Shown one piece after another: positions 55,472 to 64,000 of a stretch of 64,000 bases of DNA. Position numbers and translations under genes: made by a program. The stretch lies in the NCBI GenBank assembly GCA_015064345.1, contig SVSK01000001.1, positions 6,937 through 70,936 of the forward strand, given 5' to 3'. Each line of letters starts with the position of its first letter. Positions within the stretch are counted from its first letter, which is position 1. The DNA is from Oscillospiraceae bacterium (GTDB lineage: Bacteria; Bacillota; Clostridia; Oscillospirales; CAG-272). Below the pieces are notes generated by a model. The model saw only the letters and a list, made by a program, of their open reading frames with translations, was not told where the DNA came from and made no database searches.

Positions 55472-56752
55472 TTACATAAATTCCTTTTCGAGATCGTTCG
55501 GGACAGGATCTTCACAGCGGCATACTCTGTGGTGATTCTCGATCCAGAGCGGCGGGGGAGTGTAAGGCTTTGACGAGCAGGGGATATCCACGTCGTACTC
55601 ATCGTTCTCCGGCTTTTCAGGATGCATCGGCGGATACGGAGAGAGATCGTCGTTTTCGTACTTCACGCGATCTTCTTCCTTGCGGAAATCGGGAATGTCG
55701 TAGGGCGCGCTTCCGTTCAGTACACTTCGCCATGCGAGAATTGCAACGGATGCTGTGGTTGTGGCGCGGTAAACGTCCCAGAAGGGCTCAACATCCTCTT
55801 CAAGCGCCTTTACAAAGTAATATATCGAGAGGAAATCTCCGCCTCCGTGACCTGCATTAGCTGCTTTTTTTCCAAGCTCAGCATCAGGCCATGTAGCATC
55901 GTATTCTGTTACGTCTTCTGTGTATTTTTCAGGACGTGAGCAGAATGAAAGTCTCATCTTGCCGTTTGTGGGGCTGACTTCGATACCGCCGTTTGTACAG
56001 CAGAGACGGTAATGATTACCGTGAGGAGCAAAATGCGCCCAACCTGTAACGCGGAAAACAGCATCCGTGTCAGTCTGGCAGAGAATGATGGCTGCTGCAT
56101 CACCGAAGCGCAGAGCAGTGTCCTTACATACCTCGGGACGGAAGGCTGTCATTGCAGTAACTCTTGTGGGAGTTGCACCTGTCATCTGCATGAGCGGTGC
56201 AAGAGCATGAGTTGAGTAATATGTTCGAGGTGTCCAGTTTCTCCAGTGAGTTCTCTGGGGAGAAAGAGTGTTGTAAGTCTTTACATCCATAGGATGAACG
56301 TACTCACCCTCAGCAAATACGAGTCTGCCCAGGTCTCCTGTACCGTACATTCTCTGCATCTCGAGATTTTCCTTGAAGTAAGGATAATTTTCAAGCAGAC
56401 TGTAAACCATTCCGGTTTTTTCCTTTGCACGAACAAGACGAACACCCTCTGCCATGGTAACGTTGCTCATTGTTTCCGAAAGAACGTGCTTGCCTGCCTC
56501 CATACATTTAATGGCGTATTCCGTATGCTCACAGAAATAGTTGCACAGGAGCACAGCATCCATGTCGTGCTTGATAAATTCATCGAAATCCGTATACCAG
56601 GCAGCGTTTGCAAAAGGCGAATCCGCGGCAGGCTTAAGGTGCTCACCCTTTTCACAGATTGCAACGACTTCAGCACCTGCATCAACTATGCAATATGCCA
56701 GCGCGTGGCCTCTTCCGAAACCGAAAATACCCATTTTGATCTTTTTGCTCAT
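55472..56752 (-). CDS. Gfo/Idh/MocA family oxidoreductase
   Basis: Rossmann N-terminus MSKKIKMGIFGFGRG. Start chosen at ATG 56752 (GGAGG 5 nt upstream). The track start is at 56764. Confidence 0.88.
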   Translation of the reverse strand: MSKKIKMGIFGFGRGHALAYCIVDAGAEVVAICEKGEHLKPAADSPFANAAWYTDFDEFIKHDMDAVLLCNYFCEHTEYAIKCMEAGKHVLSETMSNVTMAEGVRLVRAKEKTGMVYSLLENYPYFKENLEMQRMYGTGDLGRLVFAEGEYVHPMDVKTYNTLSPQRTHWRNWTPRTYYSTHALAPLMQMTGATPTRVTAMTAFRPEVCKDTALRFGDAAAIILCQTDTDAVFRVTGWAHFAPHGNHYRLCCTNGGIEVSPTNGKMRLSFCSRPEKYTEDVTEYDATWPDAELGKKAANAGHGGGDFLSIYYFVKALEEDVEPFWDVYRATTTASVAILAWRSVLNGSAPYDIPDFRKEEDRVKYENDDLSPYPPMHPEKPENDEYDVDIPCSSKPYTPPPLWIENHHRVCRCEDPVPNDLEKEFM

Positions 56753-56859
56753 ATGTGCCTCCACGGAGTTGCATGATTTATTTGATTTGATTTTATATCA
56801 GTTTATCAGCCAAATCAATGGAAAATAGTGACTCCAACAAGGAAATATACCATCTCACC

Positions 56860-56888
56860 TTGACTTGATGTCGTTATTTAATTATACT
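56860..56888 (+). promoter_or_regulatory. Promoter of the AraC-family regulator gene (TTGACT-17-TATACT)
   Basis: TTGACT at 56860-65, 17-nt spacer, TATACT at 56883-88. Confidence 0.55.
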
Positions 56889-56916
56889 ATAATTGAACAC
56901 ATTGAGGAGGTGGAGC

Positions 56917-57753
56917 ATGAGTATCGGATCAAATGGGCAATATCCTATAGATAATATTTGTAGATTCTCCGCACCGGATGACATAAAAACGAGCACCGAC
57001 AGCACCGTCATGAGATTTGTCTATGAAAACTCTGCGGCAAAGCTGCTTAATGACTTACTTTATCCTGCCTTTGGATGCTATCTTATTACAAGTGGCAGTG
57101 CAGTGCTTGTTATTGAAGGAGCAGAGCATGAGATCGAAATGGGAGATATGTTTGTCACTTTCCCCATGATTCCCATTTCTTTCAGAGAAGAGAATAATCT
57201 GAAATGTATGTATATCAATTTTGTGGGCAGCGGTATGGAGGAGATGCTTGCGTCTGTGGGCATCAAGCGCGGTGCACAGGTTTGCAAAAAAATGGGCGAG
57301 CTGATAGACATTTGGTTCTATGCCATCAATCGAAGCAGTGCCGAGAATCTGTCCATGCTTGGTATGGGAGTCTTGTATTACACATTGGCAATGGTCCCGA
57401 GCTGTGAACCAAAGACAGTCAAGCACAATGAAGAGAATATTGCGGTACGTATGAAGCATTCGGCTGATATGTGTTATCAGAACGAGGATATGTCTATTGA
57501 CTATCTTGCCAAGCAGTACAAATATAACAGCAAGTATCTGTCAAGAAAGTTTATTTCAACATTTGGAATAAAGTTCTCCGATTATCTTGAAACTACAAGG
57601 ATAAACCGCGCGATTGTTCTTCTCGGCGAGGGGGATAAAAGCGTTCAGGAAATTGCAGCATTAGTCGGTTATCACGATCCTCTGTATTTCTCCAAGGTGT
57701 TCAAAAAACATATGAAGATGTCGCCGAGTCAGTACAAAATAAATATGAAATAA
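56917..57753 (+). CDS. AraC family transcriptional regulator (cupin-like N-domain + HTH_18)
   Basis: The C-terminus (SKYLSRKF....G..FS.YL...R...A..LL......V.EIA..VGY.D..YFSKVFKK..G.SP..Y) is the AraC signature. ATG at 56917 follows GGAGG. Divergent from the oxidoreductase gene. Confidence 0.88.
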   Translation: MSIGSNGQYPIDNICRFSAPDDIKTSTDSTVMRFVYENSAAKLLNDLLYPAFGCYLITSGSAVLVIEGAEHEIEMGDMFVTFPMIPISFREENNLKCMYINFVGSGMEEMLASVGIKRGAQVCKKMGELIDIWFYAINRSSAENLSMLGMGVLYYTLAMVPSCEPKTVKHNEENIAVRMKHSADMCYQNEDMSIDYLAKQYKYNSKYLSRKFISTFGIKFSDYLETTRINRAIVLLGEGDKSVQEIAALVGYHDPLYFSKVFKKHMKMSPSQYKINMK

Positions 57754-57756
57754 AAA

Positions 57757-57800
57757 AGATCCCGAGCAGTTCACTTGAATTACTCGGGAAATTTATTTTA
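57757..57800. terminator. Intrinsic terminator between the AraC gene and ackA
   Basis: TCCCGAG (57760-66) pairs with CTCGGGA (57783-89), with an A-run on the left and AATTTATTTTA on the right. Confidence 0.6.
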
Positions 57801-57811
57801 TTCAGATTAAA

Positions 57812-59020
57812 TTACAGCGCCTTTACGATCTCTTCTGTGTCGGATGCGATCATAAGCTCTTCGTTTGTGGGAAGAACGTAAACCTTAACCTTGGAATCGG
57901 GAGTGGAGATTTCAACAGTGTCTCCCTGGTGGTGGATCTTAGCGTTGAGCTCGTTATCAAGCTTGATGCCGTAGAATTCCATGTCAGCGCAAACTCTTTC
58001 ACGAAGCTCGGTGTTGTTTTCACCCATACCTGCTGTGAATACAACTGCGTCGAGGCCGTTCATTGCAGCAGCGTAGGAACCGATGTACTTCTTGATCTGG
58101 TAAGCGAGGGTGGAAGCAGCAGCGTAAGCTCTCTTATCGCCTTCAAGAATAGCAGCTTCGATGTCACGGCTGTCGGAGGAGATTCCGGAAACGCCGAGGA
58201 AACCGCACTTCTTGTTCATATATGCATCAGCCTCAGCAGGTGTCCAGCCTTCTCTTTCCATAAGGAAGGGAACGATAGCGGGGTCGATGGAACCGCAGCG
58301 TGTACCCATCATAACGCCTTCAAGGGGAGTGAGACCCATGGAAGTATCCATGCACTTGCCGCCCTTAACAGCGGAGATGGAGGAACCGTTACCGATGTGG
58401 CATGTTACGATCTTTGTTTCTTCTACAGGCTTGTCAAGAAGCTTTGCCATCTCGCGGGAAACGTATCTGTGGGATGTACCGTGTGCACCGTAGCGGCGGA
58501 TGTGATATTTTTCAGCCATTTCGTAGGAGATGCCGTATGTGTAAGCCTGCTCGGGCATTGTCTGGTGGAATGCTGTGTCGAATACAAGAACCTGAGGAGT
58601 CTTGGGCATTACTGCGAGACAACCCTTGATACCCATGATGTGTGCACCTGTGTGAAGAGGAGCAAAGTCACGGCAGAGTTCAAGCTTTTCGAGAACTTCG
58701 TCGTTAAGGAGAACGGACTGGAAGAAGTAAGGACCGCCATGGACAACTCTGTGACCAACAGCTTCGATCTCGCTCATGTCAGCGATAACACCTGTTTCAG
58801 CGTCTGTGAGATACTTGATAACGATCTCAGTAGCAACTGCGTGGTCAGGCATAGCGTAGTCAGCCTTGATCTTTTCGCCGGACTCGCCCTTTCTGTGTTC
58901 GATTCTGCCGTCAATACCGATTCTCTCACAAATACCCTTTGCGAGAACGGACTCTGTAGCAGTATCGAAAAGCTGATACTTAAGTGAAGATGAGCCTGCG
59001 TTAACAACTAATACTTTCAT
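57812..59020 (-). CDS. ackA: Acetate kinase
   Basis: 402-aa ORF. MKVLV.NAGSSSLKYQL N-terminus and HRVVHGG, GHRYV-type motifs. GGAGG RBS. Confidence 0.96.
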   Translation of the reverse strand: MKVLVVNAGSSSLKYQLFDTATESVLAKGICERIGIDGRIEHRKGESGEKIKADYAMPDHAVATEIVIKYLTDAETGVIADMSEIEAVGHRVVHGGPYFFQSVLLNDEVLEKLELCRDFAPLHTGAHIMGIKGCLAVMPKTPQVLVFDTAFHQTMPEQAYTYGISYEMAEKYHIRRYGAHGTSHRYVSREMAKLLDKPVEETKIVTCHIGNGSSISAVKGGKCMDTSMGLTPLEGVMMGTRCGSIDPAIVPFLMEREGWTPAEADAYMNKKCGFLGVSGISSDSRDIEAAILEGDKRAYAAASTLAYQIKKYIGSYAAAMNGLDAVVFTAGMGENNTELRERVCADMEFYGIKLDNELNAKIHHQGDTVEISTPDSKVKVYVLPTNEELMIASDTEEIVKAL

Positions 59021-59055
59021 GATTAAAAATAATCCTCCAAGTTTGTGATAAATAT

Positions 59056-59084
59056 TTGACAGTTAAAAAAATATCAAGTATAAT
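59056..59084 (+). promoter_or_regulatory. Consensus sigma-A promoter upstream of tmcAL (TTGACA-17-TATAAT)
   Basis: TTGACA at 59056-61, 17-nt spacer, TATAAT at 59079-84. Confidence 0.65.
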
Positions 59085-59149
59085 TATATATGATAACTCA
59101 GAAAAAAACAAGGCATTTCAAAATTCTTTTTAGGAAAAAAGCAAAAAAT

Positions 59150-60262
59150 ATGGAAGTGAATGCAATCATTTGCGAGCTGAACCCCATGCATAAGGGGCAT
59201 AAGTTCATATTTGACTCCGCACGTGAGAGATTCGGCGCGGATTCGGTCAACGTTGCCGTCATGAGCGGTAACTTCACACAGCGGTGCACCCCTGCCATAT
59301 ACGACAAATACACCCGTGCCGAGGCTGCTGTAAAATGCGGCGCAGATATCGTGGTAGAGCTGCCGTTTCCGTGGTGCTCGTCAGGTGTAGAAGATTTTGC
59401 GTTTGGCGGAGTGACTGTCGCGGCAGGACTTGGCGCATCCCGACTTGTGTTCGGCTCGGAAACGGGAGATATTGACATACTGAAGCAAGTCGCTGATGTC
59501 AAGGACTCCCACGAATACAAAGACGCTGTGATAAAGGCGGAAGAGAGCTTACGTGACAGCGGGTCTGCGGTAATATTTGACACGGTAATAGAATCGTTCG
59601 GTATCACAGATAAGCTCGGTGCAAACGATAAGCTGGGATCGGAATACATCCGCTACGGAAGAGGACTCGGGATAGGCGAGTTTGTACCCATCCGTCGACT
59701 CGGTGAAATGAAAAGTGCAACAGAACTGCGCAGGATGATCTTTGAGGACGGTATAGAGCTTGCCCGCGACATGATCCCTACTGACGCATTCCGACCCTTT
59801 GCATATGCCGAGATTTGCAGGGAAGAGCGATACCGCGAGATACTGTTCACCCACTCCCGACTGAACTGCAGAAATCTTGACAGCGATATTTTGGCTTATG
59901 CTGCAAAAGTTGCACGGGAAGCGAGAACTCATGACGAATTTGTGCAGTCGCTTCCCACGAAAAAGTACACCGCCGCAAGACTCAGGCGAGAGATACTTCG
60001 CCATATCATCGGAGGAGGCGACTCAACAGTAGCACCGCGCTTCACTCAGCTTCTTGCTATGAACGAGCGGGGGCGTGAATATCTTTCTGCGAACAAAAAG
60101 ACACTCGGACTGCCGATCATCACTAAACCTGCGGACACAAGCGGGCTTGACGAGGTGGGCCAGAGACAGTATGAGACCCACAAAAGAGCAGACGAGCTCT
60201 ACGCACTGTGTCGCAACGAACCCGCCGCTGAATATATAAAAAAACATCCTCATGTTATGTGA
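59150..60262 (+). CDS. tmcAL: tRNA(Met) cytidine acetate ligase (YlbM/UPF0348 nucleotidyltransferase)
   Basis: MEVNAIICELNPMHKGH matches the family N-terminus (E.NPFH.GH). The track ORF begins 20 codons earlier at 59090 (see finding on a leaderless start). Confidence 0.85.
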   Translation: MEVNAIICELNPMHKGHKFIFDSARERFGADSVNVAVMSGNFTQRCTPAIYDKYTRAEAAVKCGADIVVELPFPWCSSGVEDFAFGGVTVAAGLGASRLVFGSETGDIDILKQVADVKDSHEYKDAVIKAEESLRDSGSAVIFDTVIESFGITDKLGANDKLGSEYIRYGRGLGIGEFVPIRRLGEMKSATELRRMIFEDGIELARDMIPTDAFRPFAYAEICREERYREILFTHSRLNCRNLDSDILAYAAKVAREARTHDEFVQSLPTKKYTAARLRREILRHIIGGGDSTVAPRFTQLLAMNERGREYLSANKKTLGLPIITKPADTSGLDEVGQRQYETHKRADELYALCRNEPAAEYIKKHPHVM

Positions 60263-60276
60263 GGATGTGATTTTTT
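60245..60276. terminator. Bidirectional intrinsic terminator (tmcAL / radical SAM gene)
   Basis: CATCCTCA (60245-52) pairs with TGAGGATG (60260-67), followed by TGATTTTTT. The A-run on the left serves the minus strand. The hairpin includes the tmcAL stop codon. Confidence 0.7.
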
Positions 60277-60278
60277 GT

Positions 60279-60875
60279 TTACTGCTTTGTGCGGAGTCTG
60301 AAAACCGCTCCAACGCTGGTTGCAATATCACGGCAACGCTCAATGTCGGAATCGGGAATCGTGCCTTCAACAACGGACAGAACTACCTTTGGTACGTATT
60401 TTGCCACCTCGCGGGCGAACTTAACAACTCCCATGAAAGTATCTTCACCGAATCTGGGACGGCAGACTTTCATGTACGTATCCGAATCAGCGGCATTGAG
60501 GCTGATGGAAACGCAGTCAACAAGTCCTGCAAAGAGAGGCGGTGTGTCTTCCTTGAGAATGAGGGAAGCGTGACCGTTTGTATTGACTCTGATGGGAGTC
60601 TGGGTGAACATACGGAGCCTTTTGCATATCTCAAGCATCTCATACAGGCGGCAAGTGGGCTCACCGTATCCGCAGAACACGATCTCATCAAAGGAATTGA
60701 GATTATACGAAAGCAAATCGTCAACTATCTCCTCAAGTGTGGGTTCGCGTTCAAGAAACAGATTGCAGTAGGGCTCGGGCTGGGGTGTGTCTCTGAGGCA
60801 AAACTCGCATCTGTTTGTGCAGTGATTTGTGATGTTGACGTAAAGGCCTGAGCCTACTTGATAAGTGATTACCAT
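60279..60875 (-). CDS. Radical SAM protein, TatD-family-associated type
   Basis: 198-aa ORF. N-terminal CTNRCEFC (CX3CX2C). Small single-domain rSAM encoded 52 nt downstream of tatD, matching the described TatD-linked rSAM family (TIGR04038 as I recall it). GGAGG RBS. Confidence 0.8.
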   Translation of the reverse strand: MVITYQVGSGLYVNITNHCTNRCEFCLRDTPQPEPYCNLFLEREPTLEEIVDDLLSYNLNSFDEIVFCGYGEPTCRLYEMLEICKRLRMFTQTPIRVNTNGHASLILKEDTPPLFAGLVDCVSISLNAADSDTYMKVCRPRFGEDTFMGVVKFAREVAKYVPKVVLSVVEGTIPDSDIERCRDIATSVGAVFRLRTKQ

Positions 60876-60927
60876 GGTGTTTCCTCCGTTTGGTTAGAGT
60901 TACTGTAAAGTGAATCGGAGTACACTT

Positions 60928-61722
60928 TTACAGAGATATACCGAAGAATCGGCATGCGTTCTCCCGTGTGATCCTTGCGGCTTCTTCAAATGAGATACCG
61001 CGGATATCGGCAACAGCCTGACAGGTGTGCTTCATATATCCTGAGTAGTTCAGCTCACCGCGATGGGGAACAGGTGGGAGATATGGGCAGTCGGTCTCAA
61101 TGAGGATCTTATCCGCAGGAACGATTGCCGCTGCTTCTTTTACTTTATTTGCGTTTTTATACGTTACGGGACCTGAGAATGAGATGTACCACCCCTTCTC
61201 GCAAAGCTGACGTGCGGATTCAGCGCTTCCACTGTAGCTGTGCATGACTCCCGTTACGTCGGGATGACGGTTTAGTATGTCAAGTGTATCACCGAAAGCA
61301 TCTCGTGTGTGAATGACAACCGGCAGGCCTACCTTGCGAGCGATCTGCATTTGTGCATCGAAGAAGTACGCCTGGCGGTCCTTGTCAAGAAAATCGTAAT
61401 GATAGTCAAGACCAATTTCACCGATTGCAACAACTTTTTCATGCTTTGCAAGCTCTTCAACCTTGTACAGAGCTGAGTCAGTCATTGAGGCAGGCAGTCT
61501 CTGTGCATCAGAGGGATGAATACCCACAACTGCATAGATGAAGCTGTATTTTTCGGCGAGGTCAACGGAATTCTCGGACGTCTCAATGTTTGAGCCTACG
61601 TTAACAATACCGCAAACTCCTTCACTTGCCGCTTTTCTGATAGCTCCGTCAGTACCGCCTTCGAATTCCTCAACGAATCTGTCGTCATCGTAGTGTGCGT
61701 GGGAATCGAACAATCCGAGCAT
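60928..61722 (-). CDS. tatD: TatD family metal-dependent hydrolase/deoxyribonuclease
   Basis: 264-aa ORF. FDSHAH N-terminus and HTRDA, ETD.PYL motifs. The start codon overlaps the metG stop by 1 nt (TAATG). Confidence 0.92.
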   Translation of the reverse strand: MLGLFDSHAHYDDDRFVEEFEGGTDGAIRKAASEGVCGIVNVGSNIETSENSVDLAEKYSFIYAVVGIHPSDAQRLPASMTDSALYKVEELAKHEKVVAIGEIGLDYHYDFLDKDRQAYFFDAQMQIARKVGLPVVIHTRDAFGDTLDILNRHPDVTGVMHSYSGSAESARQLCEKGWYISFSGPVTYKNANKVKEAAAIVPADKILIETDCPYLPPVPHRGELNYSGYMKHTCQAVADIRGISFEEAARITRENACRFFGISL

Positions 61723-63677
61723 TATCTTACTCTTTCTCCGAGAGGTGTTTCGGGATCAAGGAATACCACGCGAATTGTTTCTTCACCGGATGCGAGGATC
61801 ATGCCGTTTGACTCAATTCCGCAGAGAACAGCAGGCTTGAGGTTGGCAACGACGATGATCTTCTTGCCGATGAGCGCATCAGGCTCGTAGAACTTTGCGA
61901 TACCGGAAACAACAGTGCGCTCTTCGTAACCGAGATCGATCTTAAGCTTGAGAAGCTTCTTTGCCTTCGGAACCTTTTCACATTCGATGATCTGTGCTGT
62001 GCGAAGCTCAACTCCCATGAAGTCTTCAATACCGATGAGAGCAAGACCTTCGGGCTTTTCAGGCTTTGCGTTTGCCTTTTCAGCGGCTTCGCGAGCCTTC
62101 ATGGCCGCTTCACGCTCTGCTTCGATTTCAGCAAGGAGCTTTGCCTCGTCAATTCTTGCGAAGAGGGGTGTTGCCTCGCCTACGGAATTGCCGGATACAA
62201 GAGAACCGAAATTAAAGATAGAGTCATAATCCTTAACATCAGAGCCGATCTGTGTAAAGATGGATTCAGCTGTTGCGGGAAGGAGAGAAGAGAGCATTAC
62301 AGCGCCGATTCTGATAACCTCGAGGAGATTGTAGATAACAGTCTGGAGTCTGCCCTTTGTATCTTCGCTCTTTGCAAGAGTCCAAGGAGTTGTTTCGTCA
62401 ATATACTTGTTTGCACGGCGGAGCATTGTGAATACGTCGGTGCAAGCGTCTGCAATGTGGAATGTGTCCATATTCTCACCGAATGACTTTGCGGCAGAGG
62501 CGCAAGCAGCCTTCAGCTCTTCGTCAACTGCGTCTGTGTCAGCAGGTGTGGGAATGATGCCGTCAAAGTACTTCTTCGTCATAGCAACAGTACGGCTAAC
62601 AAGGTTGCCGAGGTTGTTAGCAAGGTCAGTGTTGTAACGGTTAACGATGGATTCGTATGTGATAGAACCGTCAGTTGCGTAAGGCATTTCGGAGAGGGCG
62701 TAGTGACGGACACCGTCAACAGAGAAGCGCTTTGCAAGATCGTCTGCATAGATAACGTTGCCGCGGGACTTTGACATTTTGTCGGTTCCAAAGTTGAACC
62801 AGGGGTGACCGAAGATCTTTTTCGGCAGGGGAATGTCAAGAGACATAAGGAAGATAGGCCAGTAGATGGAATGGAATCTTACGATGTCCTTACCGATAAC
62901 GTGAACGTCAGCGGGCCAGTACTTGTTGAAGATCTCAGGCTGTGTTTCGTTGCCTGCATCATATCCGATGGCGGAGATATAGTTGGTCAGCGCATCAAGC
63001 CAAACGTAGGTAACGTGCCTCGGGTCAAACTCAACGGGAATACCCCATGTGAAGCTGGAACGGGATACGCAGAGATCCTGAAGACCGGGCTTGAGGAAGT
63101 TGTTTACCATTTCCTTGCGGCGGGATTCGGGCTGAATGAAGTCGGGGTTTTCCTCGATATGCTTCATCAGTCTGTCAGCATACTTGCTCATCTTGAAGAA
63201 GTAAGCCTCTTCCTGAGTGAGAGTAACCTCGCGTCCGCAGTCAGGGCACTTGCCGTCAACAAGCTGTGTCTCTGTGAAGAAGGATTCGCAGGGAGTGCAG
63301 TACCAGCCTTCGTAGTGACCCTTGTAGATGTCCCCCTTCTCGTACATCTTTTTGAAGATGTTCTGAACGTTTTTTTCGTGGTAGTCGTCAGTTGTGCGGA
63401 TGAAGTGGTCATAGCTGGTGTTCATCAGATCCCAGATGCCCTTGATCTCGTCAGCAACCTTATCAACGTATTCCTTCGGAGTAATGCCTGCGTCCTTTGC
63501 CTTGTTTTCGATCTTCTGACCGTGCTCGTCAGTACCTGTGCAGAAGAATACGTCATATCCTCTCTGTCTCTTGTATCTTGCGATAGCGTCAGTTGCGATT
63601 ACTTCGTATGTGTTGCCGATGTGGGGCTTTGTTGATGCATACGCGATCGCGGTTGTTATATAGAATTTCTCAGCCAT
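61722..63677 (-). CDS. metG: Methionine--tRNA ligase with C-terminal tRNA-binding (Trbp111/EMAP-like) domain
   Basis: 651-aa ORF. HIGN (HIGH-type) and KMSKS motifs, zinc knuckle CPDCG. AGGAG RBS 7 nt upstream. Confidence 0.96.
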   Translation of the reverse strand: MAEKFYITTAIAYASTKPHIGNTYEVIATDAIARYKRQRGYDVFFCTGTDEHGQKIENKAKDAGITPKEYVDKVADEIKGIWDLMNTSYDHFIRTTDDYHEKNVQNIFKKMYEKGDIYKGHYEGWYCTPCESFFTETQLVDGKCPDCGREVTLTQEEAYFFKMSKYADRLMKHIEENPDFIQPESRRKEMVNNFLKPGLQDLCVSRSSFTWGIPVEFDPRHVTYVWLDALTNYISAIGYDAGNETQPEIFNKYWPADVHVIGKDIVRFHSIYWPIFLMSLDIPLPKKIFGHPWFNFGTDKMSKSRGNVIYADDLAKRFSVDGVRHYALSEMPYATDGSITYESIVNRYNTDLANNLGNLVSRTVAMTKKYFDGIIPTPADTDAVDEELKAACASAAKSFGENMDTFHIADACTDVFTMLRRANKYIDETTPWTLAKSEDTKGRLQTVIYNLLEVIRIGAVMLSSLLPATAESIFTQIGSDVKDYDSIFNFGSLVSGNSVGEATPLFARIDEAKLLAEIEAEREAAMKAREAAEKANAKPEKPEGLALIGIEDFMGVELRTAQIIECEKVPKAKKLLKLKIDLGYEERTVVSGIAKFYEPDALIGKKIIVVANLKPAVLCGIESNGMILASGEETIRVVFLDPETPLGERVR

Positions 63678-63714
63678 AGTACGTCTCCTGTGTGATTTAT
63701 AATCATAATACTAT

Positions 63715-63743
63715 ATTATAACAGAAAAACGCCTTTTTTACAA
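63715..63743 (-). promoter_or_regulatory. metG promoter (TTGTAA-17-TATAAT on the minus strand)
   Basis: The reverse complement of 63738-43 is TTGTAA and of 63715-20 is TATAAT, with a 17-nt spacer. The leader is far too short for a T-box. Confidence 0.5.
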
Positions 63744-63796
63744 GACGTTTTTGCTATATTTATTGATAGATATTTATATAAAAGTGATAAAAAGCC

Positions 63797-64000
63797 TTAT
63801 TCTTCGTCCTTTTTCATGACAAGAGCGTAAATCTCGTTTTTCGCCACACCTCTTGCTTTGGCTGCGGCCTTTATCGCATCCTTCTTTGACATTCCCGACT
63901 CGACAAGCTCTTCAACGTGCAGAATGGGGTCGGCGGGATAGTTGATCTTTGCGGCGGTTTGCACATTCCCCTCAACGATAAGCACGTATTCTCCCCTCGG
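63797..64000 (-). CDS. rsmI: 16S rRNA (cytidine1402-2'-O)-methyltransferase RsmI, C-terminal part (5' end outside window)
   Basis: The C-terminal sequence ...EYVLIVEGN....LVESGMSKKDAIKAAAKARGVAKNEIY is the typical RsmI tail. The ORF is open to the window end. Confidence 0.85.
   Translation of the reverse strand, partial: PRGEYVLIVEGNVQTAAKINYPADPILHVEELVESGMSKKDAIKAAAKARGVAKNEIYALVMKKDEE

Noticed and set aside
63678-63796. Possible T-box or attenuator leader for metG, and a terminator for rsmI
   Set aside because: The leader from the predicted -10 to the ATG is only about 40 nt, so no T-box is possible. The AAAAACG...CGTTTTT hairpin (63725-52) is AT-rich, contains a mismatch and overlaps the -35. 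It is too weak to list as a terminator.
1-64000. Scan for mobile elements, CRISPR arrays, tRNA/rRNA genes, defence or toxin-antitoxin modules, reverse transcriptases and long tandem repeats
   Set aside because: None recognised by eye. There is no transposase, integrase or recombinase-like ORF, no repeat-spacer periodicity, and no tRNA T-loop (GGTTCGAATCC-like) motifs. The absence should be confirmed with tRNAscan-SE, Infernal, CRISPR finders and defence-system HMM sets.

Overview
This 64-kb window is a Clostridia chromosome segment. Gene content and synteny (glgB-C-D-A-P, lon-ysxC-lysA, scpA-scpB-ytfI-ytfJ-dacB-rluB, GTP-type PEPCK, a SCIFF locus) suggest an Oscillospiraceae/Ruminococcus-like Firmicute, but that taxon call is inference only. 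I support about 50 CDS plus sigma-A-type promoters and intrinsic terminators read directly from the sequence. I recognised no rRNA, tRNA, CRISPR array, transposase, integrase or phage module. Most of the window is ordinary core metabolism and housekeeping, and I see no compelling evidence for a wholly new multi-gene system. The items most worth a second look are these. (1) A 52-codon SCIFF (six-Cys ranthipeptide) precursor at 11607..11765 is absent from the >=60-aa ORF track and masked by an antisense ORF. It sits with its radical-SAM maturase in an apparent operon that is translationally coupled to a PLP decarboxylase-fold enzyme and a flavodoxin-like protein. (2) An orphan ~300-bp convergent intergenic region (36.3-36.6 kb) has repeated CU-rich and purine-rich tracts that can fold into a multi-helix RNA. 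(3) A near-identical ~35-55 bp terminator module is duplicated on both sides of an XRE-TPR regulator gene, which looks like a cassette-insertion scar. (4) A metG-tatD-radical-SAM unit of unknown function. (5) A lexA operon carrying VOC, ABM and 3-methyladenine glycosylase genes behind a LexA box. Several very long antisense ORFs in the track (opposite rhaA, pckG, ackA, gdhA) are rejected as artefacts.
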